From assembly GCF_009914755.1 (NCBI RefSeq), contig NC_060932.1: DNA of 64,000 nucleotides. One strand, 5' to 3'. Origin of the DNA: the human T2T-CHM13v2.0 reference genome, Homo sapiens. The stretch's first letter is position 1. Each line of letters begins with the position of its first letter. Below the pieces are notes generated by a model. That model saw only the letters and a program-made list of their open reading frames with translations, was not told the DNA's origin and ran no database searches. This document shows, one piece after another, positions 1 through 13,721 of this stretch. Both the position numbers and the translations under genes were made by a program.

Positions 1-2044
1 TCTAAAAAATAGTTTTTTAGTTTTAAAACTCATTTACATATATATTTTTTAAAGTTAGACCTATGGAATTTACACTCTGTGTGTGATGTTTGTGATCAAC
101 AGTCTATCTTTCCTTTTACTTAGTAAAGGAAGATTAATACTGCACTCATATTTCCAAGCATATAGACTCTTCTAAAGTTCGGTAAGAAAGTTGGCTAAAA
201 AAGGAAGAAATTTTAATTATTTGATAGTGAAAGCCCAAGCTACAGATTATTTTAGTTTTAATAATTAAAGTCCTTGAGATATGTCTTATTTCAGTGGCAT
301 GCCTAAGTCAAATCAATGAGTATGTTTCAAAATTACATGTGTTGCATTAGTATAATATTTTTAAAAATTTGACTAAGATGGCAATGCCATTAACAATAAT
401 GGGATATGTAAGATTTGTTTAAATTTACTTTCATTCATATAAAGCTTTTATTTCTTCCTTTGATATTTTATCTAAATATTCTTTTTAAATACTTGAAAAT
501 AGCACTTTAATGCTCTGTTCTCAGCTACACATACTCAATTATTTGAACTCTAATTTCTTACATTTAAAGTTTTGCTACTTTTTTTCAGTTTAATTTTATT
601 TTAGTCATGCTAAAGCTCACTTTATAAGTTAAATTGCGCTTATGGCAAAGCAATGTGAATGGTAAAAACTACAAATAAATACACCAGAGAGTTCTTTTTT
701 TATGGCTTATTTAATGTTTTAATGATTATAAAAAAGTCTTAAAAGACATTTAAAGGTAAGTGTTTTTCAAATTACCATCCAATATCTTTGTTTTCTGAAT
801 TTATGGATAACTTCAAAACATTTGAATTTAGTTGCCATTCAATTTTTAAGACTTTGGAAATTAAATGGATATATTAAAATGCATACATCAATTTCAAAAT
901 AATTCTCATTTTCATAGCTTTAAAACAAAATATAGCATTTATGTATCTTTCCAGAAATCATACACTTTTGAATTTTTAACACATGGCAAATTTCATCAGG
1001 TATGCATTAATATATCATCAAGCTAATTGATGTTTGCAAATATAATTGAAATCAAAGATTTATCTGATTTATACATATGCAATGTCATTTCACATTCCTA
1101 TCTGTTCGTGAGTTAAAATATGTAAATATGTCTAAGAGAGAAGTAGGTGATGGAAATATGGTTTGAGGCATTGATATCGTATCCTAGTATACCTTTGGTT
1201 AACTACAATGTAGAATCAATTGAGATAATTAAATATTTTCCACTTTTTTTCTAATATTAAAAAGTTTAACATTGTTGATAGTAGAATGAAAATTCACTAG
1301 ATCATAAAGAACTCAGGGTTAAGAATCAGACTGACAGCCAAATGCAGCAAATGTCATAATGATGACCTATTTGTCAGAGTTGTAAGAAAAATGTGAGATA
1401 TGATAGATGTAATTTCTAGAAAAATATTGGTTTACAAGTATGCATTAGTATGTATTCAATTTATTCGGGATATATTTTAAGTGTTATTTTTTTCTGCAAT
1501 TGCTGATGGTTCATTACCATTAATGTCTGATTCCTTAGAAACAGAGTTGCCTAATAACAGCCATTTATTTTGCTTACTTGACTGTTTTACAATTATGAAA
1601 TCAAAGACATTTTAAGGCAGCCCAAATAGAATCTTTATTTTCCCAGAATATTTCTGATAATGTTGCTTAAGGATGCACATAAAATTAGCTTGAAAATCGA
1701 GAATGACATAGGCATGACATAAATTTTAAAAATTTCCGTATCATCTTAGATTCCCTTTACTGCATGAACTAGGCTGTTAACGAATAGTCTTTTAAGGAAA
1801 ATATGTTTTTGCACAGAATTTGCTTTCAGTGAAGTAAGAGACATTTTCAGATGCTTGTGGCTATATCAGCACAAAACTAGCATGTTTATTAAACAGACAA
1901 CATGCTTGGGATATCAGTATTTACTCATGTCAATTTGGGTTTGATCAAGGAGGTAGAAACACTGTGAAAGATATGGCATAAGGTACTCATTAAAGAGTGT
2001 ATAATTTTTGAGTTATTTTTTTAAAAATGATTCTATGAGAACCT

Positions 2045-2490
2045 ATGGTTTCTGTAATTGGTGGAGGACCTGAATTTGCTCTAGAACTGTGGGCTAGTGC
2101 CAAGAAGAAATGTCCCAAGTGAAGCAGAGGTGAGTGAAGATAAAATAGAATTCAAGAAGATAAAATGAAATTTGTATCCTTCACTCACTGCAGGCACTCT
2201 TTGCCATGGTGCTACATGCAAACCTGTCCCAAGACATTGTTGAAGGAGGGTGTCCATTGGGACATTAAGCAATTATACGTGGCTGCTTCCTAATGCTCCA
2301 ATGTGACACAGCACATCAGGGTCAACAGGGAGAAATTCAATAGGTCCTGGTGCTCATCATTGATCTTCAGAGCCAGATGGTTCCTGCCACACTCTGACTT
2401 CCAACTCAAACCTAACCTGTCATCACACAGGGAAAGGGATTTGGGGAATAGCTCAGTTTAGCTAAATTGAACTAGTACACAAATCAAAAT
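2045..2490. mobile_element. Possible ancient ERVL-type LTR remnant (LTR33/LTR16-like)
   Basis: GC-richer island ending in gggatttggggaatagctcagtttagctaaattgaactagtacacaaat, which resembles old ERVL LTR termini. Recognition is weak. Confidence 0.3.
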
Positions 2491-3329
2491 ATGTGGACTC
2501 CTAAAAGATATGGCCCTAGGCTTAGATAATTTAGCTTAATACAAGTATTAAGTATTATTAATAATAAGGCATGTGTTGCAACAATTGTAATATAAAATAG
2601 AGTGTGCTATGGCACACATAATTAGAGCCTTACATCTACAGTGTCATTACAGCCTTAGAAATTACCGCCTTCTTTCTGAGTGCTGAAGAGAGAAATTATC
2701 AATTGTTTTTATATATTGAATTTTTTACACCCCATCTCTTTTAAGTGTTGACTTATGACCATTTCATCAGCAATTCCTGTTTTTTTTTTTGGAATAGCAA
2801 CAACTAAAACTAGAAAGGAATAGATTAAAAGTTTCTGGTTTAGATTTGACAACGTTTTTAAGAAATTTATTTCAATACATGTTCATATGTCTCTGATTCC
2901 TGGAAGTCATTGAAACCTTATCCACAAAGGACAAAGACCAAGGACACAGACTTCACAGTGAGCCATTTATAGCAGAGAAGTCCTGCAGATTTAGAAAAAG
3001 TAAGCAGGCTTTCCTTTTCTCCTGAGTTCCTGCCAGTCAATGCCAGTGTGACTTGCTCACTGGCATTGAGCTCAGCCTTAAAATCAAGAAGCATGAGGAT
3101 CAAATTCCTTAATGCCAATAATTGGGATGTTTTGGAGAACTTAAAATGTTAAATATTAGAGATGAAAAAATTTAATAGCATTTAAGCATTTTTTAGCTCC
3201 TGTCATACCACTATAAATCTGTTTATCTGTACTATAATTTTAAAATGTTGCTTTTCCTAGGCATGTTTTAAATAAAATTTGTTAACTGGTTGTTGAACAG
3301 TTTGAACTCAGTAGGGCACAAACATGAAA

Positions 3330-3490
3330 ATCAATTAGCATATTCGAAGTGACTATTATGTGCCAAGCTTCATAGGAAGCACCACAAGTGATATAAAAAT
3401 GAATTAGGCATGACCCCAGCCTCAGAGAATTTAGCTTAGTAGAGGAAATAAGGCATGAGTAGCAACAATTGTGCTATAAAATAGACTGTG
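3330..3490 (-). mobile_element. L2 3'-end remnant
   Basis: tattatgtgccaagc...gatataaaaatgaattaggcatgaccccagcctcagagaatt resembles the antisense L2 3' end. Confidence 0.5.
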
Positions 3491-3971
3491 AAATGTCGCA
3501 AGACTATTAGAATCTTACATTCAAGCTATTATATGACTTTAAAGATCAATCACCAGATTCTTTCTAAGGTTGGACAAGAGAAGAAGCATTGTTAGAGGTT
3601 GAATTTATTTAAACTCAAATGTCAATTTGTGGGCATTGTTATCAAATGAAAAAATATACACACATTTATTAAAAGTAGACTGCTTCTGACTGGCAGAATT
3701 TAAAAGTGGCATCTTAAAGGAGAGTATAGTATGGGAAAATAAATACTAGTTTTTGTAACTAAGTAAATTTAGATATTAACTTATTAATAATATCTTTTGG
3801 CCAAATGACCTAGACAAATTTAATTATAATTTTTTGGTCATCAAAAGTAGTCAAGAGCATTATATGGACTATCCAATTAATAATAGGACAATAACTTTTA
3901 TCTCTAATGTGGTTATAAATATTTTAATGAACATTTATATTTTAATAAAATTCTATATATTCAGACTATTT

Positions 3972-4338
3972 TATTTTATTATATGTTATTTCAGTAGTTT
4001 TTGGGTAACAGGTGGTGTTTGGTTACATGGATAATTTCTTTAGCAGTGATTTCTAAGATGTTTGTGCACCTCTCACCAGAGCAGTATACATTGTACCCAA
4101 TGTATAGTCTTTTATCCCTCACTCCCTCCCACCTTTCCCCCCAGGTGCCCAAAGTCCATTATGTCATTCTTATGCCTTTGTATCCTCATAGCTTAGCCCC
4201 CACTTATAAGTAAGAATATATGATATTTGGTTTTCCATTTCCATTCCTGAGTTACTTCACTTAGAATAATGGTCTCTAACGCCACCCAGGTCTTTGTGAA
4301 TGCCATTATTTTATTTCTTTTTATGGCTGAGTAGTATT

Positions 4339-4393
<55 letters not shown>

Positions 4394-6680
4394 GTGTGTG
4401 TATATATATATATGTATATATATATACACACTGTGTTTATACATGTACTGTATATATACACACATGCGCTGTGTATATATACACACACACATACTATATA
4501 TATATTATATTTACATATACTATATTTTTACTCATTGGTTGATGAATATTTAAGCTGGTTTCATATTTCTGCAATTACAAACAGTGCTGCTATAAACATG
4601 TGTGTGTAAGTGTCTTATTCATGTAATGACTTCTCTTCCTCTGGATATATATCCAGTAGTGGGATTGCTGGATCAAATGGTATTTCTACTTTTAGTTCTT
4701 TAAGGTATCTCCATACTGTTCTTCATAGTGGTTGTACTGGTTTATATTTCCACTAGCAGTGTAAAAGTATTCCTTTTTCAACACATAGACACCAGTATCT
4801 ATTTTTTTTATTTTTTAAATTATGGCCATTATTGCAGGAGTAAGATGGTATCTCATTGTGTTTTTAATTTGCATTTCCCTAATAATCAGTAATGTTGAGC
4901 ATTTTTTCGTATGTTTGTTTGCCATTTATATACAAAAGATCATTCAAGGCTACTATGCACACACTCAAGGCTACTATGCACAATCTCATGACTGAATATG
5001 CACAGATCTCCTGATTGAATATTTTCATGAATTTATCTCCTCTGGATTTTCTGGTTTGTGTGCATAAGGTAAACATTTTCAATCAGGAAGAAATAGAAAC
5101 TCCGAACAGACCAATAACAAGTAGCAAAATTGAAATAGTAATTAAAAAATGCCCACAAAAAAGTCCAGGACCAGACGGATTCACAGCTGAATTCTATCAG
5201 CCATTCAAAGAAGAATTGGTACCAATCCTATTGACTCTATTCCATAAGATGGAGAAAGAGGAAGTTCTTCTAAATGATTCTATGAAGCCAGTATCACCTT
5301 AATACCAAAACCAGGAAAGGAGGTAACAAAAATAGAAAACTGCAAACCAATATCCCTGAAGAAGATAGATGCAAAAACCTTCAACCAAATACCAGTGAAC
5401 TGAATCCAACGTCATATCAAAAAGAATACACCGTGATCATGTGGGTCTCATACTCGGGATGCAGGGATGGTTCAAAATACCTGTCAATAAATGCAATATA
5501 GCACATAAACAGAATTAAAAACAATAATTATATGATCCTCTCAATAGACACAGAAAAAGCATTGAAAAAAACCCAGCATCCTTTTATGATTAAAACCCTC
5601 AGCAAAATTTGCATAGAAGGGACATACCTCAGAGTAATAAAAGCCATCTATGACAAACCCGCGGCCAATATCAAGTACTCAATCAAGACTCAATCCCTTT
5701 TACAACAGCTGCAAAAAAAAAATACTTATGAATATACCTAAGGAAGTGAAAGATCTCTACAAGAAAAACTACAAAACACTGTTGAAAGAAATCAATGATG
5801 ATACAAACAAATGGAAACATATACCATGCTCATGGATTGGTAGAATCAATATAGTGAAAATGACCATACTGCCAAAAGAAATCTACAAATTCAATGCAAT
5901 CCTCATCAAAATACCATCATCATTCTTCACAGAACTAGAAAAAAAATCCTAAAATTCATATAGAACCAAGAAAGAGCCACATAGCCAAAGCAAGACTATA
6001 CAAAAAGAAGAAATCTGGAGGCATCACATTACCGAACTTCAAACTACACTACAAGGCTATAGTTACCAAAACAGTAAGGTACTAGTATAAAACAAGCAGA
6101 TAGACCAATGGAAGAGAATAGAGAACCCAGAAATAAAGCCAAATATTTACAGCCAATTGATCTTTGACAAAGCAAACAAAAACATGAAGTGAGGAAAGGA
6201 CACCCTATTCAACAAATTGTGCTGGGATAATTGGCAAGCCACAGGTAGAGAATGGACCTGGATCTTCATCTCTCACTTTATAAAAAAATCAACTCAAAAA
6301 ATCCATCAAAGATGGATCAAAGACGTAACTGTAAGACCTAAAACCATAACAGTTCTCAACGATAACATCAAAAAAACTCATCTTGACATTGGCTAAGTCA
6401 AAGAGTTCATGACCAAGAACCCAAAAGCAAATGCAACAAACACAAAGATAAATAGATAGGACCTAATTAAACTAAAAAGCTTCTGCATAGCAAAATAAAT
6501 AATCAGCAGAATAGAGAGATAACCTACAGAGTGGGAGAAAACATTAACAAACTATGCATCCAGGAAAGGACTAATGTCCAGAAACTACAAGTAACTCAAA
6601 CAAATCAGCAAGAAAACATCAAACAATCCCATCAAAAAGTGGGCAAAATACATGAATAGACAATTCTCAAAAGAAGATAT
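3972..6680 (-). mobile_element. L1PB-type LINE-1, 5'-truncated, with twin-priming inversion (3' part on - strand 3972-4930, inverted ORF2 part on + strand ~4931-6680)
   Basis: L1PB-like 3' UTR (ttgggtaacaggtggtgtttggttacatggataa). ORF2 peptides on + ([31 protein letters not shown]). Degraded TSD atattcagactattt (3957-3971) / atatttagaatattt (6677-6691). Confidence 0.92.
4341..4525. repeat. (TG)n microsatellite grading into (TA)/(CA) compound low-complexity repeat inside the L1
   Basis: About 22 uninterrupted TG units from 4341, followed by mixed TA/CA runs. Confidence 0.97.
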
Positions 6681-7789
6681 TTAGAATATTTAAAGGAGAT
6701 TTATTTATGTATACGTTATATGCAATTTAAACTTTATTTTTTCTTTCAAATTGCAGCTTTTCACAATGACTTTTTATTTTCAATCATTTATATTATTATG
6801 TAGTACCTATACGCTTTAAAAGACATGAGCAGATAAACCTCTTAGTTTTAGAGAATACTCTAATGCAATTACACCTTTAGCAATTAAATTATGTAAATCT
6901 GTGGTCAAATTATAGTTTTAATCATCCTTTGCATTCTGTACTTCAATTTACTCCTCTAAGAAAATAATTATATATTACCATTTTGATAAGATCAACAGTT
7001 TTATAAGCTGCTGTGAAGAAATTGGGGGCAAAGTATATTTTTGAAACAGAGGTATGTGTTTGGAAGTTTCTAAGGAAACTAAATTTTTAAATGCAGTAAT
7101 AACAACAGCAAAAATCAAAACAATCTGGATCAAGTTTCAAAAACCAAAATTTTACCCAAAAATATCAAACTATAATTCCATGTACTATACCTTTTGCAGA
7201 GATTTGCTAGAAATACAATGGATTTTGGGGGTTTTAATAAATGTGATGTTACATCTCAAATTAAATATGCCATATGTAGAAATAATTTAGCAATAATATT
7301 TTAAAACTCCTTGCAATTTTATATTATTTTGTTTATTGGTTTATATGGACAACATTTTGACTTTTTTTTGCATAGAAACGTAATTATCTCCTGCTTTTAT
7401 TTAATATTTTATTTATCAAATATCAAACTAAATGTTTAAATATTAAATAAAACAAAGTATTAATATTAAGTGATTTTTGTAAGCCATAAATTTCTATATA
7501 TGAGTATGTGTATATATGTATGTAATATTGTGTAATATCAATTGAATGCTAATGGTTATTAGTATCACTGTGATTACCATCAATTTCATTACATTACTCT
7601 GTTTGGAGTTCGGTATAATGCATTATTTGGAAGCTTATAGGCAAAAGGCAGAATGCTCTAGAAAGAGATGGGCTTTGCATGTTATCAGAGCTGTATTTGC
7701 ACTTATTATTTACAGGTGTCTAATTGTTGACAGTAGATGCCAATAAAAGAAAAATGTTGAATATTGCAAAGTTATTTCATTGTTCCCAG

Positions 7790-7940
7790 GAAGACATGGG
7801 TTTGAATTTAAGCTCTGCCACCCCTGAATCATAAGGGCTTGGGAAAATTCCTCAAACCAGAATTACCAACTCTATTTTGGTAATGTTAAAAAAGTTACTG
7901 GCAGAATTTTTGTAAATACTATAAAGATAATTCTATAAAG
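7790..7940 (+). mobile_element. MIR remnant
   Basis: gacatgggtttgaatttaagctctgccac...cttgggaaaattcctcaaacc resembles the MIR core. Confidence 0.45.
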
Positions 7941-8289
7941 GTAATAATTATGATCATCATCTATTCATTCTTTTAATCTTATAAAGGTGTAAAGACATAA
8001 TATTTTATGGAGAGAATAAGTACATGCTTAATAATGTTATCCTGTTATGAATAGAAAACTCAGTTGCACTTGTTGTCTATAGGCGATTCTTATTAATTAA
8101 CAGAAATATACTGGGTTGCAGTTGAAATGAAATTAAAGAATTTGCCATTTGTGTTAATTTATGCACCAGTCCCTGCAAGAATCAAGAGTTAAATGCAGAG
8201 GTCCTGGCACCCAGGCCAATGGCATCTAAAAAATAATTTTCAAAATATTTTTTGAATAACAGTGGTTTCAAAACTAGGTAATTATCTTC

Positions 8290-8548
8290 TCATTTATGTA
8301 AAATATCCAAGGTAGGTAAACCCATAGACACAAAAATAGTTTGATGGTTGCCAAGATCCAGGGGAAATAAGAAATGGAGAATGACTGTTTAATGGGTACA
8401 AGATTTTGGTGGGGGGAGGGTGATAAGATATTTTGGAATTAGATAGTGCTATAGGTTGAATAACCTTCTGAATGTACTAAATGGAACTGAATTATTTACT
8501 TTAAAAAGGTTAATGTTATTATATGTCTTGCACCTGATTAAAGAAAAA
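8290..8548 (+). mobile_element. Old L1 (L1MB/MC-type) 3' UTR fragment
   Basis: aggtaaacccatagacacaaaaatagtttgatggttgcc...tttggaattagatagtg...gaatgtactaaatggaactgaatt, a typical L1M 3' end. Confidence 0.8.
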
Positions 8549-8939
8549 CTAGATAACAATAACATAATTAAATTTATGGGGGAAAATGTTTAAAAATTTC
8601 TTCAGAAAAAAAGATAATGGTCATGTACAGGGTTCAGATACATTTTAATATGCATTTTTGTCCTATAAAATCAATGGCAGATCCTGAAGTTCCCAAAAAG
8701 AAGCAATGTTTCATTTGTTTGAAAGATAGGGAGATGAATAATATCTAAAATAAGCTACTGTACATTTTGACCAAAAAAAAAAAAAAAAAAAACCCCAGCA
8801 AGAATGGTATCATAATAACTGAATGGGGGACTTCCAGTTGAATGAAGGCATTAACTTGATTTGTCTACTGTTGGAAGAAATTATTTCAAGGCAAAAAATG
8901 ACAAAAAGAAGCAAAATATAAATTAGACATCTAAGATTT

Positions 8940-9308
8940 TGTCTTAGTAAGTATGGGCTGCTATCACAAAGTATCACAGACTGGGGTCCTTATAAACAAT
9001 AAAAATGTATTTCTCACAGTTCTGAGGTTGGAGGTTGGAATTTATAAGATCCACATGCCAACATGGTTGAGCCCCTGTGTGGGCCTTTTTCCAGGTTGCA
9101 AAGTGCTGTTTTCTTCTTGTATCCTCACATGATGGAAACAGAGCCAGCTATCTATCTGGCCTCTTCTTGTAAGGACATTAAACCCATTAATGAGGGACTG
9201 CTCCTCACAATCTAATTACTTCCCAAAGGAGCCACAAACAAGACCATCACATTGGGATTCAATTTCAACATATGAATTTTGGGGGTCACAAACATTCAGT
9301 GCATAGGA
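8940..9308 (-). mobile_element. MLT1A-type MaLR solo LTR
   Basis: Starts tgtcttag...gggctgctatcacaaagtatcacagactggg and ends tttcaacatatgaattttgggggtcacaaacattcagtgcatag; ~370 bp. Confidence 0.85.
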
Positions 9309-9829
9309 GATACTAAACTATAAATTAGGACGGTTTGGAAAAATAAGGATATTCATCTAGAGGTTTCTGCAAGAGGAAGCCAAAATAATTTCCCAAAACT
9401 TTTCATATAAAAAACACCTAATGATGCAACTTTTCAAAAGTGACAGGCTAAGAGAAACATTGTAGAAGGTACAAAACATGGAGTCATATGAATATGTCCC
9501 TGTGGCTCTGGGGATAAGAGAGACTTTGCATTGCGAACAATGCTGCTGCTGCTCATTTCCATTATTCAGTGAAACTAAGCACTCATGAGCCAACAGATGA
9601 AAACCTTATCGTCATAGGAGAAACCTTTTAGTTTGGAACACAGTTCTCCACATAAACTACAAATTTACCACTCTTTCTTCAATGAGCAATCACAAACAAA
9701 GCAATACAGGATCTGTATAATGTTACAAAAAAGGAGGAGAAGAGTTAAAAAATAAATGGATAGTAGATGAATAATATCAAATAGAAGAAATGCATATTGT
9801 CAAGAAGAAGATAAAAATTATGCTCAATT

Positions 9830-10133
9830 GGCCAGGCACGGTGGCTCACGCCTGTAATTCCATCACTTTGGGAGGTCAAGGTGGACAGATTGCTTGAGGC
9901 CAGGAGTTGGAGACCAGCCTGGCCAAAATGACAAAACCCCATTTCTACTAAAAATACAAAAATTAGCCAGGTGTGGTGGCGGGCACCTGTAATCCCAGCT
10001 ACTCAGGAGACTGAGACAGGAGACTCACTTGAACCTGAGAGGTGGAGGTTGCAGTGAGCCAAGATTGTGCCATTGCACTCCAGCCTGGGAGACAGGGCAA
10101 GACTCTAAAAAAATAAATAAATAAAAATAAAAA
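9830..10133 (+). mobile_element. AluS (Sx/Sz-like), full length
   Basis: ggccaggcacggtggctcacgcctgtaat, A-rich linker, A tail; ctcaatt is repeated on both flanks. Confidence 0.97.
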
Positions 10134-10207
10134 CTCAATTATTTTTAAACACATTTAATAAAGTAATTGAAGCAAAATTAAAAGCAGAGTTACGAGAACT
10201 CAGAGAA

Positions 10208-12139
10208 GGCCCATTTAAAATAGCTACAAATGAAATACAATACCTAGAAATCAAGTTAACCAAAGAAATCAAAGATATCTACAAAGAAAACTATAAAACA
10301 TTGATGCTAAAAATTTAAGAGGATACAAAAAATAGATATTTCATGTTTATGAAGAATCAATATTGTTAAAATGTCCATACTACTCAAAGCAATCTAGAGA
10401 TTCAACATAGTTCATATCCAAATATCAATGACATTCTTTGGAGAAATAGAAAAAATAATCCAAAAATTCTAAAATGTATATGGAATCACAAAGAACCTAG
10501 AATAGCTAAGGCTCTCCTGAGCAAAAGGGGATAAAAAAAAAAAAACCCAAATACTGGGGTAATCAGATTACCTCATTTCAAATTATACTACAAAGCTACA
10601 GTAACCAAAAAAGCATGGTACTGGCCTAAAAGTAGAGCGCTATACCAGTGGAACATAATAGAGAACCCAGAAATAAATCTAGTTATCTATAGTGAACTCA
10701 TTTTAGATAAAGGTGCCAAAAACATACATTGGGAAAAGAAAACTCTTTTTAATAAATGGTGCTAGGAAAGTTGGATATCCATATGCAGAAAGAAACTAGA
10801 GCCCTATCTCTTGTCATATGCAAAAATCCAATAAAAATGAGTTGTAAACTTAAATCTAAGACCTCAAACTATAAAACTACTAAAAGAAAAAAATGAGGAA
10901 ACTCTCTAGCATGTAGAACTGGGCAAAGATTTCTTGAATAATACCCCACGAACACAGGCAACCGAAGAGAAAATTAATAAATGAAATCACATCAAATTAA
11001 AAACCTTCTGCACAGCAAAGGAAAGCAATCAACAAAGTGAAGAGACATCTCACAGAATGGGAGAAAATATTTGCGACTATCCATTTGACAAGGAAATAAG
11101 AACCAGAATATATAAAGAGCTCAAACAACTCCATAGAAAATAATACCCTGATTTAAAAATAGGCAAAGATTCTGAATAGATATTTCTCAAAAGAAGACAT
11201 AAAATGGCTAACAAGTATATGAAAATGTGCTCAACATGAATGATCAGAGAAATGCAAATCCAAAAGTACAATGAGATATCATCTCACCCAAGTTAAAATG
11301 GCTGTTATCCAAATGGCAGGCAATAACAAATGCTGGTGAGGGTGCAGAGAAAGGGGAACTCTTGTACACTGTTGTTGGAAATATAAATTAGTACAACCAC
11401 TATGGAGAAGAGTTTGGAGATTCCTCTATGGTAATAATTGACCTACCATATGATCCAGCAATCCCACTGCTGGGTATATAACCAAAAGAGAGAAAATCAG
11501 TATACAGAAGATATATTTGCAGTCTCATGTTTACTGTCGCACTATTCACAATAGCCAAGATTTGGAAGCAACCTAAATGTCCATCAACAGTCAAATGAAT
11601 AAAGAAAATGTAGTACATATATGCAATGGAGTAATATTCAGCCATAAAAAAGAATAAGATCCTGTCATATGAAACAACATGAGTGGAAATGGAAGTCATT
11701 GTGTTAAGTGAAATAAGCCAAGAACACACACACAAACTTAGCATGTTCTCACTTATTTGTGGGAGCTAAAACTTAAAACCATTGAACTAATAAAGATAGA
11801 GAGTAGAATGATGGTTACCAAGGCTGAAAAAGATAGTGGGACAGGGAGGGAAACAGAGATGGTTAATGGGTACAAAATAGTCATATAGTCATAGTCATAT
11901 AGAATGAATAAGGTGTTTTATTTGATAATACAACAAGGTGACTCTGATCAACAATAATTCATTGTACATTTTTAAATAACTAAAAGATTATAATTGGATT
12001 GTATGTAACACAAAGAAAGGATAAATCCTTGAAATGATGGATAAGCCATTTACACTGATATTATTACTCATTGTATGTCTGTATCAAAATGTCTAATATG
12101 CCCCATAAATAAATATACCTACTATGTACCCATAAAAAA
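10208..12139 (+). mobile_element. L1MA (L1MA2/3-like) 3' portion: end of ORF2 plus 3' UTR
   Basis: Degenerate ORF2 (acctagaaatcaagttaaccaaagaa; ccatatgatccagcaatcccactgctggg) and an L1MA 3' UTR ending tatacctactatgtacccataaaaaa. Confidence 0.92.
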
Positions 12140-13721
12140 CTTCTATAGTAGATATAGAAAAGTATAACAATGAGATAAATAGTGAGCTGAAAGTACTCAG
12201 GAAATATGAATAAAATCGATACATCACTATTCTCTCTCTTAGCTGGTCATGAGATGAGGCATTCCTTTAAAAGATTTGGGATGCTGATATTTTGGGGGTT
12301 ACATGTACAGAGGAGAGGATGATTATGAACTCTCTTCTTTTCCCTCTTTTCCTAGGGAGTTCTATGAAGTGATGGGGTTTCTCAAGACTAGAAATCATTC
12401 CAAACATTCATATTTTGGCATCATCTTTATTTTAGGCATGCATCAAGCACAGTATTTTTTAACATCTTTAACAAGTCATTACACAGAGAGAGATATAAAT
12501 ATATTACTTAGATGTATATGATTATAGAGGCATTATGGGAGAAAGGTATAATTTGTTGCCTAGCTTTTGAAAAGATTTGACTAAAATGTTTGTCTCTTAG
12601 ATGCAACCATGTTGGCAAAGACATTTAGAATGAGATTTTGAGAACAGTTTCAACCTGCATATAAGATATATGATTGGAGGGCACAGGAATATTTTCTATT
12701 CTAGGTATTTTAAAAATTGATGTTTATTGTGTTTTCTACTTATCCAAAGTTATGTGGCAAAGAAATGCTCACAGATATTTTGAACACAATAGCATTCTAC
12801 TATAATTGCAGGCACAAGAAGTGCATTCTTGAAAATCTCAATCATTGTTATAAATTGTTATTATAACATAGTGAGTATATCCAAGGATAAGATATTCCTA
12901 CAAGGGTTAATGTTTGTCTCTCTCTCAGCATATTTTTAATATGTATTGAAAAAAATCTTTAACATTTATTCCATTAAGAGAAATGAAAATATCAACAGAA
13001 ATAGTTTGAGACAGTCAGAAACTAAGAATATAATAGCATTAATTAACAGATATAAAGCATTAGAAATATGCTATTCTCCTTTATCGTAGAAAAATAAAAT
13101 AATTAAAGAGGCATGTAGGCTATTACAGTCTAATCTCTCTCTCTTGGTATCTCCCTCTCACTTCTTATGTTTTTCCCTTTGGTAAGACTGAAAAATAATG
13201 CAAAAGAGCAATTTGCTAGGTTGAAAGAATTAAATTGATAGGTTCTAAAAATTTAAGAGACAAATCAATACAGAGCATCACTTCAAATCCTTAGACTAAT
13301 TTGATTTGAAATCAACTCTTCTTTGTTCCTTGGCACATTTTTTTCCAGCATTTTCCACTGGGATAATGCTGTTTTATTAATAAAATTGAACTTGCATAAA
13401 AACACAAAGAATGAACATGTCTTCAATTATAGTGTCTACAAAGAAGTAGTTGAAACTATTCTGGCATAGCAACATCCTAAACTGTAATAGTGCAAACATA
13501 CTTTGTAGCTCTGAAGTCACCCACTGACTTAGGTTATCTGTTCACAACATTGTGAATATCTTTTTCCTCACAGGTTCGTTCTTTATTTTTTCATTGCAAA
13601 ATAGCCAAAAAGAAATACAGATGAAGGGTGAAATTCCTGCTTCCCAAGAGTTTATATGAGATGGGCAAATTGTTAATTAAATCAAAGAGTAATAATAGCT
13701 CAAGTATTGTAGGGATTCTGA

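Noticed and set aside
4193-4609. Overlapping ORFs rich in CV/HT/YI
   Set aside because: They are translations of the (TG)/(TA) microsatellite.
9310-10207. Possible old L1 5'/ORF1 remnant around the Alu
   Set aside because: A-rich and suggestive, but too degenerate to support by eye.
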